From a virus (Duplodnaviria > Heunggongvirae > Uroviricota > Caudoviricetes), in the IMG/VR virus record IMGVR_UViG_2526164598_000016: a stretch of DNA of 40,941 nt. One strand, given 5' to 3'. The position numbers and the translations under genes are program-made. This document shows positions 1-7,611 of this stretch, in pieces. Below the pieces are notes generated by a model. It made no database searches, had not been told where the DNA came from, and saw only the letters and a program-made list of their open reading frames with translations. Each line of letters starts with the position of its first letter. Position 1 is the stretch's first letter.

Positions 1-1131
1 TCAAATGACCAGTTTTTTCCATTCCTTACCGCGTGCGTCGTTGTAAATATCGGTCATTTTTTGATTCGAATGGCCCAGCAAAATTTTGGTATCAACCCCC
101 TGCTCTCTGAACAATCGCTCTGATAAAGATCTCTGCTCATGGAAAGAGGGAGGGGTGCCATTAGCACGCCAGTTGTAATCCACAGAATCCCGGGCTTTTT
201 TAAATGCAACGGTTAATGTTGCTGGCTTAACCATCCCGCCGCGCTTAGCTGTCCCTTTCGCGTGATGGTGGTGCAATAGCCACGGACTAAGAACGCAATC
301 GCGGCAGGATGACACCACATCATCCAGGGTGAGATTTAATTTATCGCAACGCAGAGCCAGAGGGATGGCAATCCGGGTTCCTGTTTTTTGCTGTTCGACA
401 TGAAGATAACCATCCCGGATATCCGAAAATTGCATTTTGAAAATATCTGAAAGGCGCTGGCCTGTCATCAGTGCCAGCAGCATACCGCGCTGTAAAAAGT
501 AACCATCCTTTTCCGCTGCGTTATAAATCATCATCCACTCATCAAAAGTCAGTCGCTGTCTTGATATCCGCACCTGCGGTTTTTTTGCCGATTCTGCAGG
601 GTTAAAGCCTGGCGGGACATCGCCCGTTTGCTGAGCTTCCCGGAAAACATCGATCAGTACTTTCCTGAAAATTTGTCCCATTCTGTTATGTCCTCTGGCC
701 TTGTACTCTTCCAGTACTGATACCACATCTTTTACGGTTATGGCATCTAACGGTCTGGTGCCAAAACGTTCATCAAATACCCTGAGAGGGGCCGCTTTCT
801 GTTTCAGCGTGTTGAGTTTGATCTCGCCGTTTTCATATCTTTCCTGTTGAATTTTTCTGTAATTATTCAGAAAAATGGTAACGGTTGATGAACCGCCGGT
901 ATCACTAATAATTTTCTCCTGCAGACTGAGCATTTGTTCCATTTGCTGCCGGGCAAGACGGCTGTTCGCTTCTGCTGCAATAGTTTCTGCCAGTTTCTGG
1001 TCAATACTGCCGAGACCGTGATTTTTGCCTGTTATGGGATGCCTGTAACGCCAGTAAACTTTGTTATTTCTTTTGTCAAAATACGGAGATAATCCCGGAA
1101 CATCGGTTTTATATTTTCGCGGGCGCGCCAT
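1..1131 (-). CDS. int: Tyrosine recombinase, lambda-family phage integrase
   Basis: 376-aa ORF; C-terminal region has the lambda Int catalytic layout (…HELRSL…LGH…Y…GREW…); stop codon is at window bases 1-3, so the gene is complete and att should lie just outside the window. Confidence 0.9.
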   Translation of the reverse strand: MARPRKYKTDVPGLSPYFDKRNNKVYWRYRHPITGKNHGLGSIDQKLAETIAAEANSRLARQQMEQMLSLQEKIISDTGGSSTVTIFLNNYRKIQQERYENGEIKLNTLKQKAAPLRVFDERFGTRPLDAITVKDVVSVLEEYKARGHNRMGQIFRKVLIDVFREAQQTGDVPPGFNPAESAKKPQVRISRQRLTFDEWMMIYNAAEKDGYFLQRGMLLALMTGQRLSDIFKMQFSDIRDGYLHVEQQKTGTRIAIPLALRCDKLNLTLDDVVSSCRDCVLSPWLLHHHHAKGTAKRGGMVKPATLTVAFKKARDSVDYNWRANGTPPSFHEQRSLSERLFREQGVDTKILLGHSNQKMTDIYNDARGKEWKKLVI

Positions 1132-1185
1132 CTTCCAGTATCCTCTTCAAAGCAGGGTGATCTGTGGCGATCACCTCCGGCTTGT

Positions 1186-1356
1186 TTACCATTCCGACAA
1201 AGCGAGCTTGCGGATCCACTCGCCAGCGTCTTCCAACTTTTTGGGGAGAGGAAATATCATTCCGGCTTTAGCGTATTTACTTAACGTACTCGGAGTAGGG
1301 ACCGGTTCACTGAATTCCTCTTTTGCCCACTCAGTGAGCAGAATAAGTCTTGCCAT
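1186..1356 (-). CDS. xis: Excisionase-like small DNA-binding protein (56 aa, below the ORF-track cutoff)
   Basis: Hand-translated minus-strand ORF MARLILLTEWAKEEF…GEWIRKLALSEW immediately upstream of int in the same orientation; position and size fit an excisionase; no search was run. Confidence 0.55.
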   Translation of the reverse strand: MARLILLTEWAKEEFSEPVPTPSTLSKYAKAGMIFPLPKKLEDAGEWIRKLALSEW

Positions 1357-1420
1357 GAGCGTCGTTCGCTAATCATGGTCGCCGCCACTATAGCTGGTGG
1401 GCAACGACCGGGGTTGAACA

Positions 1421-3892
1421 TTAAAAATCAGCCTGATTCGGGATCAGTTTTTGCCAGATAGCTGAAACGTATTTTGCCTGGTAACGGGCATCATCCAGCG
1501 CATTGTGGCGCTCACCTTCGAATGGGATAGCAGTTCTGGCATCGAAGTCTACGGCTTTCCCCAGCTCAACGATTGTGCGTACATCGCGATCGTTGCAGTA
1601 GCGCCACGGGCAGGGGATACCCTGTCGTTCGTATGAACGGCGCAAAATCGTGTTGTCGAAGTTGGCCCCATTACCCCAGACCTGAACAAAAAACTCACCG
1701 GAGTTTTCGTCGATAAATTCCCGCAATTGCAGTAGTGCATCATCTAACGGGATTTCATCGGTCATAATGGCAGACTGCGCTTCACGTGATTGCTTCAGCC
1801 ACCATTTAATGACGTCACGATCAATGACTCCGCCAGCAGTATCCAGATCGATGGTCTTGCTAAATTCTGGTCCCATATCTCCGGTTTGCGGATCGAAAAA
1901 TATTGCGCCTATTGAGATAATCGGGGCATCGGGATTTTTTCCCATGGTTTCAAGGTCGATCATTAGATGGTCACACGTCCTGCTGGTGGATGTGATAACG
2001 TGATGACCGTTCATCGTAATTAAGGGATCTGCCGTCTCGCCAGTTTCACTATCGCTGGCGTGATCCTGAGCGCTACCAGCATTCTCCTTGTGTGGATGTT
2101 CAGCGCCTTCCATTTCCTTCGGATCATTTTCCTGAACTTCAACCTGATTCTCTTCATCGAATGTTTCCTGGTATGTTGCGTCACCCATCACCGCGCCACA
2201 ATCAGGGCAGTTGCCGCCACCGCTTTGACCGCAGGCGGTGCAGACTTTTTCCGGTTCCTGTTGCGCTACTGGCTCAGGTTGTTTCGTTTCTGGCTCGTTT
2301 TGTTGCGTATTTGGGCTGTTTTGTTCCGCTTTCTGGTCGTTCTGTTCCGATTCTTGCTGGTTCTGGTTTACAGAATCGCGGGTTTCAATCCCCTTTACCC
2401 ATTTCGGATCATTCGGGTCGCTAATCCCTGCAACAAATTCTCCGCGAGAGGCAGCAAGCAACTTATCGGCGTCAGGCTGGCTGATATTGGCTGCCTGCAT
2501 AATTTTGTTTACTTCGTCAGCGGTAACTTTTACCGGCTCTGGTTGTGCGGTCGTGTCAGATGCACCAGTATTTTGTTGTGAACCTGAGTACGTGCCGTTT
2601 TTACGTGCGAAGTATTCCTCTTTTGTGATTTCCGTAGCTCCCAAGGCTAGTGCTTTTTCCAGACCAGAAAGTTTGTTTGCGCGACCGTATTTTTCGCCAT
2701 CCTTGTCGGTGAAGAGGAAGTAGAACGGCCCCTCACGCTCTACAGATGGTTCGACTTCCACTTTGCATTCGGTTTTTTCGTTGCCCGGAATTGCCGTTTC
2801 CACTGCATCAGTTTCTGGTACTGGCGACGAGAGAGTATCAGTTGCGCTCTGATTTCTTCCTTCATCTTCAAACACGCCCTTTGTAGTCAGGTATTCAGTA
2901 ATGTATTTGTTCAGTGCCACAGGGTCTTTGTGAATGTCGATCGGACGTTCACGGACAAGGCCAAAAATAGTCTGGCGGTCGTAGCGAAGGGCATCAGGCT
3001 GTTTGCGCATTGATGCCGAGATACGCTTCCAGTCTTCGCGGTCGTTGTCGATAACTTCATTTTTTGCCCAGCGATGGATGCTGCCGTCAATGTTTCCGGC
3101 ATCCACATCACCAGGCCAGAGAGCGTAGGCCAGTTCGTCATCCAGTGTTTTCCATGTCTGCTTGTATTCGCGATGAATGGCAGCAATGACCGGGCTGATT
3201 TTTCCTGTTGAATTTTCACTGTGCTGTTGATTGGTTCTGGCGCGGGCGAGATCAACAACAGACGTGTATTTTCCGGTTTCCTTGCGTTCACCTTCGCGAC
3301 GTTTTTTCCAGATGCGCATCTCTGCCTGAATTTCGGGCCATTTGGCACCAGGCTTACATTTATGCTTAACCCACCCGATGGCATGCAGCTTAAGCTCCGG
3401 ATACATGGCGTTAACTTCTGGCATTTTCATCAACGCTTCAACGATATGTCCGTCGAATGTTGCCATGTCTTCCTGCAACAATTCCTGTGCGCTAATAACC
3501 ATATCAACGGTGATGTTTTCACATGTGTCGAACTTAACCATGACAGCGTTCTGTACTTCAGGGGCCAGCTTGTCAAAAGTGACGTTCATCGGATCGGATT
3601 CAGTCTCAACCGGGACAAAGGAAGCAGACTCCTCATCCCAGCGGTTTTCCTGCATATATTCAGCATCCCAGGAATCGAGGGCAGGGCGGGGTATACCGGG
3701 TTTATCCTCGCAGACAAGAAATTTATAAGCGCAGTCCTGAGCAGCCGGATAATGCTCCAGGAATTGCCAGTGAAATTTTGCGCGGGCGCGACGTTCATCA
3801 CCGGCTTCAATGGCAGTGGCTACAGCGACGGCACCTTCTTCCTTTATTGCCTGTTCGTCCGGAATGGCGGCGCAAATAAAGACTTTACTCAT
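1421..3892 (-). CDS. ExoVIII-like prophage nuclease; C-terminal DnaQ-like (DEDDh) 3'-5' exonuclease domain, central acidic/Q-rich linker with a CxxC…CxxC zinc ribbon
   Basis: 823-aa ORF; C-terminus has IDLETMG…, …GNGANFD…, …HNALDDA… exonuclease motifs; middle has KVCTACGQSGGGNCPDCG; N-terminus resembles the enterobacterial exodeoxyribonuclease VIII N-terminal family (recalled). Confidence 0.8.
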   Translation of the reverse strand: MSKVFICAAIPDEQAIKEEGAVAVATAIEAGDERRARAKFHWQFLEHYPAAQDCAYKFLVCEDKPGIPRPALDSWDAEYMQENRWDEESASFVPVETESDPMNVTFDKLAPEVQNAVMVKFDTCENITVDMVISAQELLQEDMATFDGHIVEALMKMPEVNAMYPELKLHAIGWVKHKCKPGAKWPEIQAEMRIWKKRREGERKETGKYTSVVDLARARTNQQHSENSTGKISPVIAAIHREYKQTWKTLDDELAYALWPGDVDAGNIDGSIHRWAKNEVIDNDREDWKRISASMRKQPDALRYDRQTIFGLVRERPIDIHKDPVALNKYITEYLTTKGVFEDEGRNQSATDTLSSPVPETDAVETAIPGNEKTECKVEVEPSVEREGPFYFLFTDKDGEKYGRANKLSGLEKALALGATEITKEEYFARKNGTYSGSQQNTGASDTTAQPEPVKVTADEVNKIMQAANISQPDADKLLAASRGEFVAGISDPNDPKWVKGIETRDSVNQNQQESEQNDQKAEQNSPNTQQNEPETKQPEPVAQQEPEKVCTACGQSGGGNCPDCGAVMGDATYQETFDEENQVEVQENDPKEMEGAEHPHKENAGSAQDHASDSETGETADPLITMNGHHVITSTSRTCDHLMIDLETMGKNPDAPIISIGAIFFDPQTGDMGPEFSKTIDLDTAGGVIDRDVIKWWLKQSREAQSAIMTDEIPLDDALLQLREFIDENSGEFFVQVWGNGANFDNTILRRSYERQGIPCPWRYCNDRDVRTIVELGKAVDFDARTAIPFEGERHNALDDARYQAKYVSAIWQKLIPNQADF

Positions 3893-3984
3893 TTTGTTTT
3901 ACCTCATTACAGATTTAAGGGTGAACAAATCCCTGCCATTGCTGGCATATAAGAATGAAACCGGATATTTATTACGGAACTGTT

Positions 3985-4176
3985 TTAAAGACCTGCCGGG
4001 ATTTCGTTATTATCCTGGTGAATAACTTTATCGACCGGGTAACAGTTACCGGGAATTTTCTGTTCGGTTGCTGCAGTCACACACTCCTGCATTGTCCTGT
4101 GAACACTGACTGCAATATCAACTGGCTCTCCGGAAACAAGAAAAACTGTCAGAACAAGTGCAAATGCTGTATTCAT
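3985..4176 (-). CDS. Small protein (63 aa) with N-terminal hydrophobic signal/TM-like segment
   Basis: MNTAFALVLTVFLVSGEPVD…; the start ATG overlaps the stop of the upstream small ORF (ATGA overlap, plus-strand tcat at 4173-4176); lies directly upstream of the nuclease gene in the same orientation. Confidence 0.4.
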   Translation of the reverse strand: MNTAFALVLTVFLVSGEPVDIAVSVHRTMQECVTAATEQKIPGNCYPVDKVIHQDNNEIPAGL

Positions 4177-4361
4177 TGCCAGCATCCTTTTTGTATCGGA
4201 CGTAAACGGGCCAGCATTGAAAGAATGCATATTTTATTTAATAGCTCCCGTTCGTGTTTTCTCTTGTTAATGGCATCTTCAGTAAATACAGGGTTACTGA
4301 TAGTGACACCAATTTCAAAACAACCTTCAGACGTATTAACGTTTGGTAATAACGTTTCCAT
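4173..4361 (-). CDS. Small hypothetical protein (62 aa), translationally coupled to the downstream small membrane/secreted ORF
   Basis: ATG at 4361-4359 preceded by GAGGA about 8 nt upstream (reverse-complement reading); ATGA overlap with the next gene. Confidence 0.35.
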   Translation of the reverse strand: METLLPNVNTSEGCFEIGVTISNPVFTEDAINKRKHERELLNKICILSMLARLRPIQKGCWQ

Positions 4362-4927
4362 TATCGCGTCCTCAACAATGAATTTTGTGATGCGGTGCCT
4401 GGTGCCTCCAGGTGACGTTAACCAGTTAACAATTAACGCCGGATACAGAGAATCCACCCATAACACTGTTTTTGGTTTTAACTGTTCCGCGTGCGCTCAG
4501 CCGCATTCACCACATCACAAAATTCACTTTAAAAAGGGCGGCAGAGCAGTCACGGAGTAAAACTGATACCGCCAAACGTCACCAGAAAATTGATAACAGA
4601 GGGCGTTGCAGCGGGGTTGTCACTTAAGCGTATGGTCAACCTGACAACCCGGTGTCCTCAACGGGGGAAGGAATAACCCCGCCATACTTACCGCCGCGCC
4701 ATTTCGCGGATTGCCACAACCGGAAGCGCACGGTCGACGAAAATTTAACGACAGGCTATCTATGAACCAGCTACCTCGCCGTGCGCTTTCGCGTTATGGT
4801 CTGACTTTTCAGGGAAATATCCTTTCAGTAAACTGTCAGTGCCGGATTCTTATCCGTGTCCGGCGCACGACCACACGCTGTCACGAGAGGTCTCCATTCT
4901 CAACCAGTAACCTCAATGGAGGATAAA

Positions 4928-5122
4928 ATGTCAGAGCAGGAGTTAAAACTTGGTGCATGTTATTGTGTTCTCAAGGAGCTGGTACACATGCTTCCATCTA
5001 CTCAGTATCAACAGTTAGTTGGCAATTTAAATCAGCGAATCGAAGCTATGTTAAAATCTGATGGTTTTAATAACGTAGAAACGCTGATGCTAAAAAGATA
5101 TCTTGATGGATTAATCAGATAA
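4928..5122 (+). CDS. Small hypothetical protein (64 aa), plus-strand gene within a minus-strand early region
   Basis: ATG at 4928 preceded by GGAGGA (4917-4922); about 450 bp of non-coding DNA upstream; the 3' end overlaps the convergent minus-strand gene by 12 nt. Confidence 0.4.
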   Translation: MSEQELKLGACYCVLKELVHMLPSTQYQQLVGNLNQRIEAMLKSDGFNNVETLMLKRYLDGLIR

Positions 5123-5449
5123 CATTTTTTTACGGCGTTCATATTCGTTAATATTTATGAAGCCTGTTGCCAGAAGCAGTTCGTTAATTTCATGGTTGTT
5201 TGGCTGTTTCTGGCTCTTTGAGCTGGGATCTTCCACTTCTTTTTCTGCAAATTGTTTTGCTGTATCCTCTGTGCCATGGATATTTAAAGCTGTATCTGAA
5301 AACAGCCCAGTAAACGCATCGCGCACATTACGAGCCATATTATCAGTGTCTTTTTTTGTTACCGATTCCAATTCAAGTTCGTTCAGACGATGACGAAGTG
5401 TGTGTGCTGCAATCTCCTGGATTGAAGGAGGTAAATCTTTAAATTCCAT
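5111..5449 (-). CDS. Hypothetical protein (112 aa), acidic
   Basis: The internal ATG (MEFKDLPPSIQ…) has GAGG upstream; the ORF track extends 4 codons further to 5461. Confidence 0.45.
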   Translation of the reverse strand: MEFKDLPPSIQEIAAHTLRHRLNELELESVTKKDTDNMARNVRDAFTGLFSDTALNIHGTEDTAKQFAEKEVEDPSSKSQKQPNNHEINELLLATGFININEYERRKKMLSD

Positions 5450-5460
5450 CGTCAACCTCA

Positions 5461-5700
5461 TCAGTCAGTGTTTCTTGCTAACCAGCGATGCGCACCAGCT
5501 GCGGTTTTAAACGTTTTACTTTTGGTATACGTCATCGCGGTGAAGGTGCCGTCCTGGTTAGGGAACACACCGCATACCAGAGATTCGTTGTTGCCAAGAT
5601 TGAGCGTATCCATGTTGACCTCATTTCCCCTTAACGCCGGGGTAGCGGAACAAAAAACCTGCTGCGCTGTTATACAAAGTGTTCCCGCCGTCATGTTCAT
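5461..5700 (-). CDS. Small hypothetical protein, first gene of the leftward early transcript (alternative start at 5613 gives 50 aa)
   Basis: 79-aa ORF; both candidate ATGs (5700 and 5613) have GAGG-like SD; lies just downstream of the PL-like promoter/operator segment. Confidence 0.35.
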   Translation of the reverse strand: MNMTAGTLCITAQQVFCSATPALRGNEVNMDTLNLGNNESLVCGVFPNQDGTFTAMTYTKSKTFKTAAGAHRWLARNTD

Positions 5701-5780
5701 ACGCCTCGGGCTGGCTACTTAACCCCTGACCACTGCCGGGTAACTCGAAGTATTTCCCTGCGTTCTGTGGGGCGGGGTGG

Positions 5781-5830
5781 GTTGGTATTTTTAGTTTAAT
5801 AAACATTAAACTTAAGTCAAGTAAAAACTA
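5781..5830 (-). promoter_or_regulatory. Candidate leftward early promoter/operator (PL/OL-like)
   Basis: Contains TTGACT (reverse complement) and a segment that is an inverted copy of the PR/OR-like region at 6800-6860 (shared TACTTGACTTAA…GTTTATTAAAC and ACTAAACCG). Confidence 0.35.
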
Positions 5831-5904
5831 AACCGCGGGGCATAACAAACACAACGCTTTTGATAAAGTCGTTGCGGTTGTTATGTTTCTATTGGTAGTG
5901 AAAG

Positions 5905-6183
5905 TTAGGGAAACTGGCGTCTTGCGTGGATCACGTTTACTACTTCAACGCTTGATGTTGTTACGCGGTATAGAATTATATAGTTAGGGTGGGCTACAAT
6001 CTCACGCAAGCCAGGTACTCTGTCGCTTGGTGGGTATAAATACGGATGTTCGGATAACGGCAGCACACAACCCCTTAATCGCTGCCATAAGCGTTCAGCC
6101 GCATCTATGTCGAAACGAGCAATATAACTAGTTATATCATCTAGGTCGGTATCTGCGCTTTCAAGCCATAACACGGGTAACAT
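5905..6183 (-). CDS. RelE/ParE-family type II toxin (92 aa)
   Basis: MLPVLWLESADTDLDDITSYIA…VHARRQFP, typical ParE/RelE-fold sequence; start ATG sits 1 nt after the antitoxin stop (TAAAATG). Confidence 0.8.
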   Translation of the reverse strand: MLPVLWLESADTDLDDITSYIARFDIDAAERLWQRLRGCVLPLSEHPYLYPPSDRVPGLREIVAHPNYIILYRVTTSSVEVVNVIHARRQFP

Positions 6184-6184
6184 T

Positions 6185-6376
6185 TTACTGCTTGCTCCGT
6201 TCCTTACGCATCTTAGCAAAGCGTTCTGCCATTCTGCGCTCAACTTCGTCATGGGGAATTGCTGGGCGCGGATCTGCAAGGCTCGTTGCTACTTTCGCAC
6301 GCAGCCATTCGTTGTAACTGTTTTCTTGTTCAATGGTTTCAAATTCAGAAACCATTGGTGAAAGGGCTCTATTCAT
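6185..6376 (-). CDS. Cognate antitoxin (63 aa, ParD/StbD-like)
   Basis: Small acidic protein immediately upstream of and coupled to the toxin; GGAGG SD 6 nt upstream of the ATG at 6376. Confidence 0.75.
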   Translation of the reverse strand: MNRALSPMVSEFETIEQENSYNEWLRAKVATSLADPRPAIPHDEVERRMAERFAKMRKERSKQ

Positions 6377-6396
6377 GTTTCCTCCGGTTTTATAAC

Positions 6397-6675
6397 TCAG
6401 GCGCGGCGGCATTTTTGCGCCGCAATCCATCTCGCTATGAGATCTTCCATTGATTCTTTTTTCTGCTTTAACTCGCTGATTATCTGGCGTTGCTCATCCT
6501 CAGGGAAGGCTGAAAAAATCTGCAATAATTCCAGTTGATTAGACGTTAACCCTGCATGTGGTGGAGAAACCCCCGGTTGTTCTGCGTATTCCGCATCCAG
6601 ATACCCTTCCGGCATCCCGTATGTTTGCTCTATTCTTCTGGCAGCCTTTTCTCCAAACGAGGCTCTCCCACTCAT
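6397..6675 (-). CDS. Prophage repressor (CI-like recognition helix, DicA/RacR-like C-terminal region); the N-terminal part is displaced by a frameshift in an A7 tract (see findings)
   Basis: Frame continues upstream without a start codon as …KKEIRRLRLKEWFKDKTLPPKEKSYLSQLMSGRASFGEKAARRIEQ…; the only ATG (6767-6765) is one frame off across the A7 run; C-terminus has NQLELLQIFSAFPEDEQ. Confidence 0.6.
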   Translation of the reverse strand: MSGRASFGEKAARRIEQTYGMPEGYLDAEYAEQPGVSPPHAGLTSNQLELLQIFSAFPEDEQRQIISELKQKKESMEDLIARWIAAQKCRRA

Positions 6676-6788
6676 TAGTTGAGATAGGTAGCTCTTCTCT
6701 TTGGGTGGCAGAGTTTTATCTTTAAACCACTCCTTGAGACGTAAACGGCGAATTTCTTTTTTTGCATGTGGTAATTATCTTTAGTAAT

Positions 6789-6854
6789 CACTAAACAAGC
6801 AAATACTTGACTTAATGGTTTATTAAACACTAAACTCGCAAAAAAACACTAAAC
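6789..6854 (+). promoter_or_regulatory. Candidate PR/OR: three direct CACTAAAC repeats and a TTGACT -35
   Basis: CACTAAAC at 6789-6796, 6828-6835 and 6847-6854; TTGACT at 6806-6811; lies between the divergent repressor and Cro-like genes. Confidence 0.4.
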
Positions 6855-6864
6855 CGAGGAAGGT

Positions 6865-7167
6865 ATGACATTAAAAGAGTTTATTAAATCATTAAGGGTT
6901 GGTGATGCTAAGAAATTCGCGGCCAGACTTGGTGTATCGCCATCTTACTTATCGCAAATGGCGTCTGGACGAACAGCTATATCTCCAACCCGCGCCCTTA
7001 TGATCGAATCTGCGACGGAAGGCCAAGTAAGTAGGGCGGAGCTACGACCCCATGATTGGGAGCTTATTTGGCCTGAGTATGCGAGCGGCATTCGTTTGGG
7101 GCAAACACATGTAGTTCATGCTGAAGGTGATTGTAGTACATGCTTATCTGATGGAGTTGATTCATGA
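6865..7167 (+). CDS. Cro/YdaS-family HTH regulator
   Basis: MTLKEFIKSL…GVSPSYLSQMASGRTAISP…LRPHDWELIWPEY; resembles YdaS-type Cro proteins of Rac-like prophages (recalled); SD GAGGAAGG. Confidence 0.75.
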   Translation: MTLKEFIKSLRVGDAKKFAARLGVSPSYLSQMASGRTAISPTRALMIESATEGQVSRAELRPHDWELIWPEYASGIRLGQTHVVHAEGDCSTCLSDGVDS

Positions 7168-7589
7168 AAATCAAGCATGAACACATCCGCATGGCGATGA
7201 ATGTCTGGGCGCATCCGGACGGCGAAAAAGTACCGGCTGCGAAAATTACCAAAGCGTATTTCGAGCTGGGAATGACGTTCCCGGAACTGTATGACGACAG
7301 CCATCCGGAAGCCCTGGCCCGTAATACCCAGAAAATTTTCCGTTGGCTGGATAAAGACACCCCTGATGCTGTTGAAAAAATGCAGGCTCTGTTACCGGCG
7401 ATCGAAAAGGCGATGCCGCCTTTGCTGGTGGCCCGTATGCGCAGCCACAGTTCTGAATATTACCGTGAGATCGTCGAACGGAGGGATCGGCTGGTGAAGG
7501 ATGTCGATGATTTTGTTGCGTCAGCGGTTGTTTTGTATGACCAGATGAATCGCGGCGGCCCGGCAGGGAATGCTGTGGTGATGCACTAA
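7164..7589 (+). CDS. YdaT-like protein (141 aa)
   Basis: ATGA-coupled to the preceding gene; the position after the Cro-like gene and the sequence style match ydaT of Rac-like prophages (recalled). Confidence 0.65.
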   Translation: MKIKHEHIRMAMNVWAHPDGEKVPAAKITKAYFELGMTFPELYDDSHPEALARNTQKIFRWLDKDTPDAVEKMQALLPAIEKAMPPLLVARMRSHSSEYYREIVERRDRLVKDVDDFVASAVVLYDQMNRGGPAGNAVVMH

Positions 7590-7611
7590 AAGCACGGTGT
7601 TCGGGGGTTTT

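Noticed and set aside
1061-1372. 103-aa plus-strand ORF
   Set aside because: Overlaps the integrase start and is antisense to the excisionase-like gene; no RBS.
2060-2723. Plus-strand ORFs (173, 110 and 161 aa) inside the ExoVIII-like gene
   Set aside because: Antisense to a long conserved minus-strand gene; low-complexity, repeat-driven frames.
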